This document shows, piece by piece, positions 7,854-18,760 of a stretch of 22,577 bases of DNA. The notes under the pieces were generated by a model that saw only the letters and a list, made by a program, of their open reading frames with translations, did no database searches and was not told the origin of the DNA. The first letter of the stretch is position 1. The number at the start of each line of letters is the position of its first letter. The position numbers and the translations under genes are program-made. Source of the DNA: an uncultured Alphaproteobacteria bacterium (lineage in GTDB: Bacteria > Pseudomonadota > Alphaproteobacteria > Rs-D84); assembly GCA_944392815.1 (NCBI GenBank), contig CALXXY010000008.1, positions 1 through 22,577 on the forward strand, given 5' to 3'.

Positions 7854-8310
7854 TTATCAAACTTTATTGGATAACGCACTGAAATCCGTTGTAAAAGAGG
7901 CACTAATCCACGCCCAATTTAATGGCCTGGGTGATGGCGCGCATTTTTATATAACGTTCAAAACGCGTGCGCCGGGCGTTGTATTGCCGGATTTTCTGCG
8001 TATACGATATCCAGATATTATGACCATAGTGTTGCAATATTCATATAATAATTTGCATGTATCGGACAAAGAATTCGGGGTGCAGTTAACATTTGATGGC
8101 CGTCCGTTTTTCATTCGTGTGCCGTTTGCGGCCCTGGTGGAATTCAAGGATCCGTCCGTCGATTTCATGTTGTCATTTCACCCCCAGGGCGGCGTTCCGA
8201 CCGCGGCTGATAATGACATGGAATTGCCGTTGGACGAAAAACCGGGCACTGTCCCGGACCGGGGGCGCGTTGTATCAATTGATGAATTTCGTAAAAACAG
8301 AAAGCAATAA
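7840..8310 (+). CDS. sspB: ClpXP adaptor SspB, alphaproteobacterial type
   Basis: HFYITFKT..PGV.LP..L...YP..MTIVLQ, F.DPSV.F, and C-terminal VVSIDEFRK ClpX-binding-like tail. Confidence 0.88.
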   Translation: MSKIDYQTLLDNALKSVVKEALIHAQFNGLGDGAHFYITFKTRAPGVVLPDFLRIRYPDIMTIVLQYSYNNLHVSDKEFGVQLTFDGRPFFIRVPFAALVEFKDPSVDFMLSFHPQGGVPTAADNDMELPLDEKPGTVPDRGRVVSIDEFRKNRKQ

Positions 8311-8338
8311 AAACACCGGCATTTGCCGGTATTTTTTA
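8308..8338. terminator. bidirectional terminator sspB/accC, CCGG-N6-CCGG family
   Basis: TAAAAACACCGGCATTTGCCGGTATTTTTTA between convergent genes. Confidence 0.85.
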
Positions 8339-9739
8339 TTATTTTTCATCTGATTTTTCGTCGGCCTTTTTTTGTTTTTCCACCGCCTGTTCACGTTCAG
8401 ATTTCAAATATGATTCCAACCAATGATTATCAAAGTTTAATGTTTTCACATCGCGATTCTTTAATAATTTTTGTTGTAATGGAATGGTTGTTTTTACACC
8501 TTCGATAACGAATTCGTCCAATGCACGTGTTGCGCGCATAATACACGCAGGCCGCGATTGCGCGTGCACGATTAATTTCGCAATCATCGAATCATATGTT
8601 GGCGGAATTGTGTATCCAGTATATACCGCACTGTCCACACGTACCCCCAAACCGCCCGATGGCGCATACAGTGTAATTTTGCCAGGATTCGGGATAAAAG
8701 TTTCCGGATCTTCGGCATTGATACGGAATTCGATCGCATGACCATGCGGGACAACATTGGATTGTGTATAACCCAATTTTTCGCCGGCCGCAACGCGAAT
8801 CTGTTCGCGCACCAAATCAACACCATACACCATTTCTGTGACGGGGTGTTCCACCTGCAGACGCGTATTCATTTCCAGGAAATAGAATTTGCCATCTTCG
8901 AACATAAATTCGAATGTGCCCGCATTTACATAACCCATTTTTTTCGCAGCGTTTTTGCAGATTTCAATCATATCGTCGCGCTGTTTCTGGGTCAGAATTG
9001 CGGCGGGGCATTCCTCCATCACCTTTTGATTTTTGCGTTGCAGCGAACAATCGCGTTCACCAAAAATCACGACGTTGCCGTGTTTGTCACCCAAAACCTG
9101 GAATTCAATATGGCGCGGGTGCATTAATAATTTTTCCATATACAGTGTATCATCGCCGAAACCAGATTTGGCCTCGTTCTTGGTCATTTGGAATGCCTCG
9201 GCCATTTCGTCGGCGTTCATAACTGGGCGAATACCGCGTCCACCACCACCGGCCGCGGCCTTTAACATAACGGGATACCCGATTTTTTCAGCCCATGCAT
9301 ATGCATCTTCGATTGTATCGACCGCACCATCAGAACCCGGCACTACAGGCAAACCGCATTTAATCGCAGTTTGTTTGGCGTTAACCTTGTCCCCCATTTT
9401 TTCAATCATCGCGGCGGACGGGCCAATCCAAATTAATCCGTGTTGTTCAACCTTTTGTGCAAAATCAGCACGTTCGGATAAAAAACCGTACCCCGGGTGA
9501 ATAGCGTCCGCATTGGTTAACAGTGCCGCCGTCAAAATCGCAGATTCGTTTAAATAAGAATCCTTGCTGGGGCCGGGACCGATACAAACTGATTCATCGG
9601 CCAACTGCACGTGCATAGCATTTTTATCCACGGTGGAATACACCGCAACGGTACGAATGCCCATATCCCGGCATGCGCGTATAATACGCAACGCAATTTC
9701 GCCACGATTGGCAATTAAAACTTTTTTAATTTGTGACAT
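8339..9739 (-). CDS. accC: acetyl-CoA carboxylase, biotin carboxylase subunit
   Basis: [67 protein letters not shown]. Confidence 0.97.
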   Translation of the reverse strand: MSQIKKVLIANRGEIALRIIRACRDMGIRTVAVYSTVDKNAMHVQLADESVCIGPGPSKDSYLNESAILTAALLTNADAIHPGYGFLSERADFAQKVEQHGLIWIGPSAAMIEKMGDKVNAKQTAIKCGLPVVPGSDGAVDTIEDAYAWAEKIGYPVMLKAAAGGGGRGIRPVMNADEMAEAFQMTKNEAKSGFGDDTLYMEKLLMHPRHIEFQVLGDKHGNVVIFGERDCSLQRKNQKVMEECPAAILTQKQRDDMIEICKNAAKKMGYVNAGTFEFMFEDGKFYFLEMNTRLQVEHPVTEMVYGVDLVREQIRVAAGEKLGYTQSNVVPHGHAIEFRINAEDPETFIPNPGKITLYAPSGGLGVRVDSAVYTGYTIPPTYDSMIAKLIVHAQSRPACIMRATRALDEFVIEGVKTTIPLQQKLLKNRDVKTLNFDNHWLESYLKSEREQAVEKQKKADEKSDEK

Positions 9740-9741
9740 TT

Positions 9742-10194
9742 TTATTCAATAACAATAATAGGTTGATCGAATTCGACGGCCTGGCCATCTGTGACCAATA
9801 TTTCTTTGACCACGCCATCTTTGTCTGATTTGATTGGGTTGAATGTTTTCATTGCCTCTATCAAAGCGACTGTATCGCCGGCCTTGATTTGTGCACCCAC
9901 AGATGTAAATGGTTTTGCACCCGGCTCTGGCGCCAAATACGCAACCCCAACCATTGGGGATTTCAACGCATAGCCGTTAACAGCATTTTCGCCGCCGGCC
10001 GGTTCACTGTTAGTATTTTTTGATTCCGTTGCCACCGGGAAATTCGGCATAGCCGCAACTGTGGCCTGTTGTTTAGATAAATGAATATGTTTACGATACA
10101 CGCCAAACAAAAACTGGCGTTCCAAATCCAATTCAGTAATCCCCATTTCGTCCATGATTTTAGACATAGATTCAACGGTTGCACGAAATGACAT
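9742..10194 (-). CDS. accB: biotin carboxyl carrier protein
   Basis: KSPMVG..Y.AP, EAMK biotinylation motif, VEFDQP; adjacent to accC; AAGGA SD upstream. Confidence 0.95.
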   Translation of the reverse strand: MSFRATVESMSKIMDEMGITELDLERQFLFGVYRKHIHLSKQQATVAAMPNFPVATESKNTNSEPAGGENAVNGYALKSPMVGVAYLAPEPGAKPFTSVGAQIKAGDTVALIEAMKTFNPIKSDKDGVVKEILVTDGQAVEFDQPIIVIE

Positions 10195-10255
10195 TTTTTA
10201 TCCTTTTATATATAAACTTTGTACGGATACGTGTTTTGTACCCAATGTGGTTGAA

Positions 10256-10283
10256 ATTTTACCACAATCACGCCCGATGTCAA
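10256..10283 (-). promoter_or_regulatory. sigma70 promoter of accBC
   Basis: Minus strand TTGACA-16 nt-TAAAAT with an extended -10 TG; overlaps the yidD stop codon. Confidence 0.7.
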
Positions 10284-10499
10284 GGGACAGGGTCGTACCC
10301 AAATCCCCCACCCGGCCGACACCGCAGTATCCGGCGCATTCCCAGAAATACCCCACGCCAAAAACCGTATTTTTCAATTGCCTGGGCGGTGTATTCGCTG
10401 CATGTTGGGATAAATCTGCATGCTGCGCGTCCGCCAATAAATGGCGAAACACAGGCCTGGTACATGCGCACCAATCCAATTGCCGCGCGCACAGAAATA

Positions 10500-10519
<20 letters not shown>
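10280..10519 (-). CDS. yidD: membrane protein insertion efficiency factor YidD
   Basis: YQ..VSP....[10 protein letters not shown]...AIEKYG..RG......RILRC.P...GYDPVP. Confidence 0.95.
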
Positions 10520-12024
<1,505 letters not shown>

Positions 12025-12028
12025 AAAC

Positions 12029-12049
12029 ACGGGGCGCGTCCCCGTTTTT
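12029..12049 (+). terminator. intrinsic terminator after mreB
   Basis: ACGGGG-CGCGT-CCCCGT followed by Ts. Confidence 0.65.
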
Positions 12050-12061
12050 ATTTGGCGACAA

Positions 12062-12090
12062 TTGCATTTTTTTCGCATAGATGGTATAAT
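12062..12090 (+). promoter_or_regulatory. sigma70 promoter of the ABC genes
   Basis: TTGCAT-17 nt-TATAAT with an extended -10 TG. Confidence 0.7.
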
Positions 12091-12114
12091 ACGCCCCAGC
12101 AAAGAGAATGTAGA

Positions 12115-12858
12115 ATGCCGAAAAAAAATACTAAATCCAGTGATGTTAAAATCATTTCTATGAAAAAAATTTGTAAAAGTTTCCCGGTCGAAATGGGCGG
12201 CGAACAACAGGTATTATTTGACATCACTTTTGACGTAAATCAGGGTGAATTTGTATCCATTATGGGCCCGTCTGGCAGTGGTAAATCCACATGTATGAAT
12301 ATTATCGGTGCGCTGGATACACCAACCAGTGGCACATACGAACTGTACGGGCGCGATGTCACGCATTTGACGTCTGATGAATTGGCCGTTGTTCGAAATG
12401 AATATATTGGATTTGTGTTCCAGCAATTTAATTTATTGGCCAAACGCAGTGTGTTGGACAATGTTATGTTGCCGTTAATGTATCGTGGGTTGCCCATGGA
12501 CGAACGTATTCGCCGTGCGCGTGAAATGTTACAGCGCGTCGGGTTGGAAAATTTTGAATCATATTTGCCAACGCAATTATCGGGCGGTATGAAACAGCGT
12601 GTTGCCATTGCGCGTGCATTGGCGGGGAATCCTAAATTAATTCTGGCGGACGAACCAACAGGCGCGCTGGACAGTAAAATGGGAAATGAAATTTTAACAT
12701 TTTTCAAAAAATTAAATCGGGAAATGGGCATTACAATTGTTATGATTACGCACGAATTTGAAATTGCCCAGTATTCTAATCGATTGATTCACATATACGA
12801 TGGCCGCATAACTTATGACGGCCGTGTGCCACGTGACGAACGCGTATTACAGAAATAA
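12115..12858 (+). CDS. MacB/LolD-type ABC transporter ATP-binding protein
   Basis: GPSGSGKST, GFVFQQFNL, LSGGMKQRVAIARAL, ILADEPTGALD, ITHE. Confidence 0.93.
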   Translation: MPKKNTKSSDVKIISMKKICKSFPVEMGGEQQVLFDITFDVNQGEFVSIMGPSGSGKSTCMNIIGALDTPTSGTYELYGRDVTHLTSDELAVVRNEYIGFVFQQFNLLAKRSVLDNVMLPLMYRGLPMDERIRRAREMLQRVGLENFESYLPTQLSGGMKQRVAIARALAGNPKLILADEPTGALDSKMGNEILTFFKKLNREMGITIVMITHEFEIAQYSNRLIHIYDGRITYDGRVPRDERVLQK

Positions 12859-12875
12859 CAAAAACAGGCAATAAA

Positions 12876-14093
12876 ATGACTTTTAACGACATATTCAAAG
12901 AATCATGGCTGTCCATCAGCGGAAATAAAATTCGGTCGTTTCTGACGGTTTTGGGGATTATTATCGGCGTGATGGCGGTGGTGATAATGGTTGCAGTTGG
13001 TGAAACAGTATCCAAACAGGTCAGTGACCAGTTTTCGTCCCTGGGGACAAATACCATTACCATACGTGCCGGTGCCGCGCAAAGCGCTGGGGTGCGTACG
13101 GGCAATCGGCAAACATTAACAATTGACGACGCTGAATTTATCGGGGATTTACCCGATGTTGCGGCATACAGTCCTGTGCAAAATGCGTCGGCCCAGGTTA
13201 TTTACGGTAATCAAAACTGGGCAACGTCAATGGTTGGCGCATATCCAGGATACGCCCAGGTTCAAAATCTGGAAATGAAATACGGCACGTTTTTCAATCA
13301 ATCGGCCGTGCGCAATGGGTCAACCTATGCGGTTATCGGCCCACAAACAGCCGAAGAATTACAAATGCCTGAAAATCCAGTCGGCGAAATCATTCGTGTT
13401 CAAAATATGCCATTTACTATTATTGGCGTGACCAAGGAACGCGGTGATTCCGGCATGGTCAGCCAGGACGACATGATAATCATTCCAATCACCACACTGA
13501 AAAAACGTCTGCAGGGCAGCCGATTCCCGAATTCAGTCAGTATGGTTTCATTAAAATTAACTGATACCGCAGATAATGCGCTGGTGATTGAACAAATAAC
13601 CGCCCTGCTGCGCGACCGGCATAAACTGGCTGATGACGAGGCCGACGATTTCCAAATTATGGACATGAAACAGGTTATGGAGGCCATGGACAGCGTCACC
13701 GGATATATGACAATGTTGCTGGTGGCCATAGCCGCGGTATCGTTGCTGGTGGGATCGATTGGTATTATGAACATGATGTTGGTGTCTGTGGCCGAACGCA
13801 CGCGCGAAATCGGCATACGCAAGGCCATCGGTGCCCGTGAACGCCATATTATTATCCAATTCCTGTCCGAAGCACTGTTGATATCATTCATGGGATCCAT
13901 GCTGGGGTTGATATTGGGCGTTGGACTGTCCCAGGGCGTTGGCCGATTTGTTATGGGCTATGACGTCCCATTCAGTGCATGGCCGGTTGTGGTATCTGTG
14001 ACGGTGGCTGTGGTGGTTGGGCTGGCGTCCGGGGTTATGCCCGCGATGAAGGCCGCCAAACTGAATCCAATCGACAGTTTGCGATATGAATAA
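12876..14093 (+). CDS. MacB-type ABC permease (MacB periplasmic domain + FtsX domain)
   Basis: NKIRSFLTVLGIIIGV, large periplasmic domain, GIMNMMLVSVAERTREIGIRKAIGA, LNPIDSLRYE. Confidence 0.93.
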   Translation: MTFNDIFKESWLSISGNKIRSFLTVLGIIIGVMAVVIMVAVGETVSKQVSDQFSSLGTNTITIRAGAAQSAGVRTGNRQTLTIDDAEFIGDLPDVAAYSPVQNASAQVIYGNQNWATSMVGAYPGYAQVQNLEMKYGTFFNQSAVRNGSTYAVIGPQTAEELQMPENPVGEIIRVQNMPFTIIGVTKERGDSGMVSQDDMIIIPITTLKKRLQGSRFPNSVSMVSLKLTDTADNALVIEQITALLRDRHKLADDEADDFQIMDMKQVMEAMDSVTGYMTMLLVAIAAVSLLVGSIGIMNMMLVSVAERTREIGIRKAIGARERHIIIQFLSEALLISFMGSMLGLILGVGLSQGVGRFVMGYDVPFSAWPVVVSVTVAVVVGLASGVMPAMKAAKLNPIDSLRYE

Positions 14094-14121
14094 AAAATGC
14101 CGGCAAATACCGGCTTTTTTG
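14092..14121. terminator. bidirectional terminator, CCGG-N6-CCGG family
   Basis: AAAAAATGCCGGCAAATACCGGCTTTTTTT. Confidence 0.8.
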
Positions 14122-14164
14122 TTATTCGTAATAATATGGCGGTCAGGGATTGAAAAATAATATT

Positions 14165-14360
14165 GTGAAATGACCCCGCGATTTTCGTGAATAACCACTG
14201 TTGTATGGTCGCGGACCCCCGACCGATAAAATCAGTCGGGCAAGACAAAACATACATCGCGCACATATGCTGTCCCTGTCGGATTACACTGCAATCCACG
14301 CAGCGTCACAATAAAGGATTTTTCAGGTTCCGAAGCCACTTTCCGACAAGTGTCTTCATT
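14165..14360 (-). ncRNA. candidate structured RNA (possibly 6S RNA)
   Basis: Own promoter TTGCAA-17-CATAAT (14393-14365, minus); several helices that need G-U pairs only on the minus strand; no credible long ORF. Ends and identity are uncertain. Confidence 0.45.
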
Positions 14361-14406
14361 GCCCATTATGTGATTTTTAATAATTGTTTGCAAGAATTAA
14401 CTAATT

Positions 14407-15426
14407 ATGATTGACAAAAATATATTGTGTGATAATTTTTGGGGTATGAATATAGTACAAAATTATCGTAATTTGATGGACAAATGTCTGCCGATTGGTG
14501 GGATAGTCCGTAAATTCCCATATGCGTTGGTGTTTAAAACGACGCATTGGTGCATGTATAACTGCGCGCATTGCTGTGAAAACGCTGGCACGTTCCAGCC
14601 CAGAAAAATGATGCCTGCGCAAACAATCAAAAATTATATTGTCCAGGCCGTCGTCGACCCACAATTTTCTGACAATGTTGTGTTCACTGGTGGCGAAATT
14701 ATGTCGGCGTATCATTTTGGTGACACGTCGTATGTGCCGGATTTGTTGAATTTTTGTGCGCAACACGACATTGGAACAGATATCAAAACAAATGCGTCAT
14801 GGGTAAATACTTCGTTCGCGCCCCGCGCATTTGATGATTTGGCCACCGCAATCCGTGGCGGCCAGCCGTATAATTTACAAATATCTTTGTCACTGGACAG
14901 ATATCATTCGCGCAGCGTGCAAAACTGTGCAAAATTCATTCATGAATTATCTAAACGTCCGGGCACACAGGCAATTGTGCATATGTCGACATTTGAAAAT
15001 GACAAACATATGTTTTACAACGTGATTAACGCGTTAAAACGCCACGGCACCCATTTGACCCAGGCCGTCGTAATACACAATGGCCAACAATTTAAAAAAT
15101 GTATTGCTGGTGACGGGTTGTTGTTGGATTTGTCCACAGGCACATTGTTTGATGGCGGCCGTGCCCGTAATATCCAGGGCGCATATCACGACGAAACGCC
15201 CCAGTTTTCGTTTATGTCGCACGATGGGTACGTTCTGATGGCGTTTGATTCGTTTGGGCGCGTCACATTGGGCGAAAATTCAGGCCGCAAAATTAATACA
15301 AAATGGTGCGATAAATCTGGCACACCACGAACATTGACGGACATAAAACACGGATTAATCCGCAGTGCCCAATTCGAAGATATGCGATATCGCATTTTAC
15401 ATGGCGGAAAACGTTTCACCAGATAA
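14407..15426 (+). CDS. radical SAM protein of unknown function
   Basis: CMYNCAHC (CxxxCxxC), VVFTGGE, KTNASW, ISLSLDRYH. Start could be 14407 or 14446. Confidence 0.85.
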   Translation: MIDKNILCDNFWGMNIVQNYRNLMDKCLPIGGIVRKFPYALVFKTTHWCMYNCAHCCENAGTFQPRKMMPAQTIKNYIVQAVVDPQFSDNVVFTGGEIMSAYHFGDTSYVPDLLNFCAQHDIGTDIKTNASWVNTSFAPRAFDDLATAIRGGQPYNLQISLSLDRYHSRSVQNCAKFIHELSKRPGTQAIVHMSTFENDKHMFYNVINALKRHGTHLTQAVVIHNGQQFKKCIAGDGLLLDLSTGTLFDGGRARNIQGAYHDETPQFSFMSHDGYVLMAFDSFGRVTLGENSGRKINTKWCDKSGTPRTLTDIKHGLIRSAQFEDMRYRILHGGKRFTR

Positions 15427-15435
15427 TAAGAACAC

Positions 15436-15459
15436 AGGCCGGTATTTACCGGCCTTTTT
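15436..15459. terminator. terminator between radical SAM gene and gpsA, CCGG-N6-CCGG family
   Basis: AGGCCGGTATTTACCGGCCTTTTT. Confidence 0.8.
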
Positions 15460-15460
15460 G

Positions 15461-16330
15461 CTATTTTTTTAATCCCAATTTTTTCTGCATTTCACGCAAC
15501 GTTGGCACATCAACACCAACACTTTCCGCACGACGAATTAATCCGTCCAGCGCGAAAATCCCCTCTACCGTGCCGGCGGGTGGATTGCCATTTGCAATTG
15601 CCATTCCCCCGGCAAAATTGCGGCTGGTTGCCGATGTCGCCGACAGGAACAAATCCCCTATTCCGCACAAATCCAGGAACGATTGCATTTTCGCCCCGCT
15701 GCGCAGGCCAATTTCCATAACCTCGTTCCAGGCACGTGTAAATATTAATGCGCGTTCGTTTTCGCCGGCCGCCGCCACAGAATTATATCCGCAAATCAGT
15801 GCCACGGCGTTTTTTCCAACCCCGCAAATTTCTGTACCGATAACGTCGTCGCTGGGGTGAATGTATAATTTATTTAATACCGCCCTGCCCGCGTCAATTG
15901 CGCGCTGTGTGCCGGCCAATGTGGACCCTGTGGGAACGCCGGCGGCAACCTCGGCCGCGAATTGTGGGCCCGACAACACGCCATAATCCAATACGTTTGG
16001 CAATTCGGCCGCTATGATTTCAGACATGAAATCACCCGTTGCGCTTTCTGCGCCCTTGGTACAAATAATTAATGGTTGATTATTGTAAAATTCGGCGGCT
16101 TTGCGCATAGTTTCACGGAAAAACGCAGCCGGTGTCACAACCAACCACACGTCCGCGGCACCGATTTCATTCATGTTTGGCGTCACAGCAATGTTTTGTG
16201 GCATATCCACGCCATCAAAATGTTTGTATTCACCATCATACGACCATAAAATCACATCTGCACCACCACGCGCAGAAATAATTGACAACGCGGTTCCCCA
16301 CGCGCCTGCACCAATTACAGCAACTTTCAT
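15461..16330 (-). CDS. gpsA: NAD(P)H-dependent glycerol-3-phosphate dehydrogenase
   Basis: VIGAGAWGTAL, CTKG, LSGPQFAAEVA, G.EICGVGKN, GIGDL..SATSATSRN, TVEG. Confidence 0.93.
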   Translation of the reverse strand: MKVAVIGAGAWGTALSIISARGGADVILWSYDGEYKHFDGVDMPQNIAVTPNMNEIGAADVWLVVTPAAFFRETMRKAAEFYNNQPLIICTKGAESATGDFMSEIIAAELPNVLDYGVLSGPQFAAEVAAGVPTGSTLAGTQRAIDAGRAVLNKLYIHPSDDVIGTEICGVGKNAVALICGYNSVAAAGENERALIFTRAWNEVMEIGLRSGAKMQSFLDLCGIGDLFLSATSATSRNFAGGMAIANGNPPAGTVEGIFALDGLIRRAESVGVDVPTLREMQKKLGLKK

Positions 16331-17943
16331 CTTATCTTCCTTAATTTTTTCTGAACGTCTGGGACAACAACCAATCCGTCATCAGACAGTTCAATCGCGC
16401 GCGTATATGCGTCGCGCGCCAATTTATAATCATCAACAGCAACATATAAATCACCCAACTGTTCAAACAAAGATGAACAAGTGGCCGAAACCTCGGCTAC
16501 GCGGGCAACTACGTCCAATGCGGCCTGGGCACCTTCGCGGACAGTGATTACACGCCCCAGCGTATCCCACGCCATAATATCTGTTGGATCCTGTTTTACC
16601 AGCATCATGGCATAATCATATGCGTTTTCGATTTCGCGTCCCTGGGCCGCCCAAATTTTTGACTGCAACGCCAAAATTTCCCCGTCCAGTGGCAATGTCT
16701 GCGATGCGTCGTACAAATCGTCCTGGGCCGCGTCCAGATTGTCGAACATGTAATAAATGTGTGCCCTGCTTTTCAGGAAAAATGCACGTGCAACATCGTT
16801 TAAATGTTCGTCGTCCAACGCAGTATTTATCACCCGCAATGCGGCACGACGATTGCCATTTTGCACATTGTACGCGATTAATTTATTGATTGCCGGCACA
16901 AACAGCGGATTTTTATCCAACGCGTCATATAACGCGTCCATATCACCACTTTGTTCGGCTGTGCGCAACACAGCAAACAGATAAAACGGACTGTCCTGGG
17001 AAATTTTGCTGAAATATTTTTCATAATCACCAACGTTATTATAGAAAAACTGCCCCAGGTAATAATTTACAGCATCACTGTTTTGGCCAAAATCCGGCCC
17101 CGTTAATTCAGCAAACCGCAACAGCAATATTGCCAAATCAGAATACATCATGATTTGCGTATGCGACACAGTTTGCACCAAACTGAACGCCAATTGATTT
17201 GCATATCCGGAAAACATTGACCAATCCGGAACATTATCATAATCCAGCATATACATGCCGCCCGGTCGCGCGGTGAAATCGTCGTGCAATTTATGCGCCG
17301 CGTCCATCAGATTATTGTGATGGTAAAACGACATTAAATACAGGTAATCATTAATGTTTAAAAAATCAATTCGCACCTGGGCAAATTCGTCTGCGGCCTT
17401 GGTTGCGTCACCCTGCTGCGCGTAAATTTGACCTGTGATAAAATGTTGCCATGATTCATTGGTGGGCAACCCATTAATAAATTTCAACGCAGATTTCGTT
17501 TTATCCGTCGCGACAGACGCCCAAATACGCAGCGGCGCGGCCAACGCAGATTCATCTTTCTTGTGACGGGTATACAATTCGTCCCAATCGTCCGTTTGCA
17601 CCAAATGCGCGTCGTATATCAGGCGTGACGCCGTGTTTTTTTCCTCTTCTAATATCACCACACCATCGGGCATATGGCCGGACAGAAAATCAGACAAAAA
17701 TTTTGTCGATTGCACAATGGAATAATCCGAGTCATTTAATTCAGCCGCGAACGTGGCAGCACTGTCAAAATCATTGACATAAATTGCGTGTTGGGCCGCC
17801 AAAAACGCGCCATATTGCGTGGTTGGGTAAACATGATTTTTGTTTGCGTCGCCCGCCCAGTTGTGATACCAAACGGCACCGCCAATCACAGCCATGATTG
17901 CAACCAGTGCGACACCAATAAATAACGAATGTGTTTTTTTCAT
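16327..17943 (-). CDS. membrane-anchored TPR-repeat protein
   Basis: N-terminal hydrophobic segment, YGAFLAA motif, TPR-like repeats (WDTLG, EQLGDLY....ARDAYTRAIEL); overlaps the gpsA start. Confidence 0.8.
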   Translation of the reverse strand: MKKTHSLFIGVALVAIMAVIGGAVWYHNWAGDANKNHVYPTTQYGAFLAAQHAIYVNDFDSAATFAAELNDSDYSIVQSTKFLSDFLSGHMPDGVVILEEEKNTASRLIYDAHLVQTDDWDELYTRHKKDESALAAPLRIWASVATDKTKSALKFINGLPTNESWQHFITGQIYAQQGDATKAADEFAQVRIDFLNINDYLYLMSFYHHNNLMDAAHKLHDDFTARPGGMYMLDYDNVPDWSMFSGYANQLAFSLVQTVSHTQIMMYSDLAILLLRFAELTGPDFGQNSDAVNYYLGQFFYNNVGDYEKYFSKISQDSPFYLFAVLRTAEQSGDMDALYDALDKNPLFVPAINKLIAYNVQNGNRRAALRVINTALDDEHLNDVARAFFLKSRAHIYYMFDNLDAAQDDLYDASQTLPLDGEILALQSKIWAAQGREIENAYDYAMMLVKQDPTDIMAWDTLGRVITVREGAQAALDVVARVAEVSATCSSLFEQLGDLYVAVDDYKLARDAYTRAIELSDDGLVVVPDVQKKLRKIR

Positions 17944-17969
17944 ATTAAAAATATGCTACAATAAACTTT

Positions 17970-18527
17970 ATGAATAATAAAGCGAAATTTGTCATATACG
18001 CAGATATGTTGCGCGAATGGTCGGGGCGAATGAATTTGGTTGCCCCCAGTACATTGGACGACCTGGAACACCGACATTTCGCGGACAGTGCCCAATTGGC
18101 GGACGTGCTGCCGCGTGACGCGCATGTTATTGATTTGGGCAGTGGCGCGGGATTTCCCGGGGTGGTGCTGGCTATTTTGGGGTGGCCGGTTGTGTGTATT
18201 GAATCCATCGGGAAAAAGGTTGCGTTTTTAACCGCGCTGCGCCAAGCATTGGATTTGCAAAATTTAACCATTTATCATGGTCGGGTGGAAAATTACATTG
18301 CCACCCTGCCCCGGGATAACAAAACAGTTTTTACCGCGCGGGCATTTGCACCATTGGTGAAAATTTTGGATTATGTTGGCAAAACTGGATACCCACTGTA
18401 CCTGTTAAAAGGCCGGGAAATACCGGCCGAAATTGCTGTTGCAAAACGTAAATATAAATTCGATTATGAATTAATCCCGTCCAAAACCGGCGACGGATTC
18501 ATAATTATTATCAAAAAATGCCGGTAA
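17970..18527 (+). CDS. rsmG: 16S rRNA m7G527 methyltransferase RsmG (GidB)
   Basis: W...MNLV, RHFADS, IDLGSGAGFPG, ES..KK..FL, TARAFAPL, LKG; upstream of parA. Confidence 0.94.
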   Translation: MNNKAKFVIYADMLREWSGRMNLVAPSTLDDLEHRHFADSAQLADVLPRDAHVIDLGSGAGFPGVVLAILGWPVVCIESIGKKVAFLTALRQALDLQNLTIYHGRVENYIATLPRDNKTVFTARAFAPLVKILDYVGKTGYPLYLLKGREIPAEIAVAKRKYKFDYELIPSKTGDGFIIIIKKCR

Positions 18528-18541
18528 TTTCATATGAAATA
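18526..18541. promoter_or_regulatory. parS-like site 1
   Basis: AATTTCATATGAAATA, a palindromic variant of TGTTTCACGTGAAACA, located upstream of parAB. Confidence 0.6.
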
Positions 18542-18577
18542 ACGTATAACTGATTGAAATTACATAATAATCAACAT

Positions 18578-18628
18578 ATATCAAAAAATGCCGGTATGTG
18601 ATAAATTGCTGCCGGTATTTTTTGATAT
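18578..18628. repeat. 19-bp inverted repeat between the parS-like sites
   Basis: ATATCAAAAAATGCCGGTA-13 nt-TGCCGGTATTTTTTGATAT (2 G-T pairs); arms match the CCGG terminator family. Confidence 0.75.
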
Positions 18629-18631
18629 TTT

Positions 18632-18647
18632 TATTTCATGTGAAATA
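18632..18647. promoter_or_regulatory. parS-like site 2
   Basis: TATTTCATGTGAAATA, 13/16 to the canonical parS. Confidence 0.7.
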
Positions 18648-18760
18648 GTTTGTAATTTATTGAAAATACATCATTTTTACGTTTTTGATACAAATATCTT
18701 GACCGAATCGGGCGTTTTATTCTATGTATATATGTATAAAAAGGAATGGAATTTAACAAT

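Noticed and set aside
14306-14359. 17-aa leaderless ORF MKTLVGKWLRNLKNPLL as a RiPP precursor for the radical SAM enzyme
   Set aside because: It is divergent rather than co-transcribed, the enzyme lacks SPASM/RRE features, and RNA structure explains the region better. Not fully excluded without ribosome profiling.
14122-14400. RNase P RNA, tmRNA, SRP RNA or SAM/cobalamin riboswitch
   Set aside because: Hallmark motifs (GAGGAAAGTCC, tRNA-like CCA acceptor, GGAAGCAGC, B12 box) were not found on either strand.
15461-16330. gpsA as a pseudogene because it is only 289 aa
   Set aside because: All catalytic and cofactor motifs are present in one frame; the shortening looks like streamlining.
18527-18760. 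oriC in the AT-rich rsmG-parA gap
   Set aside because: No TTATCCACA-like DnaA box cluster; near-matches occur singly inside accC and mreB.
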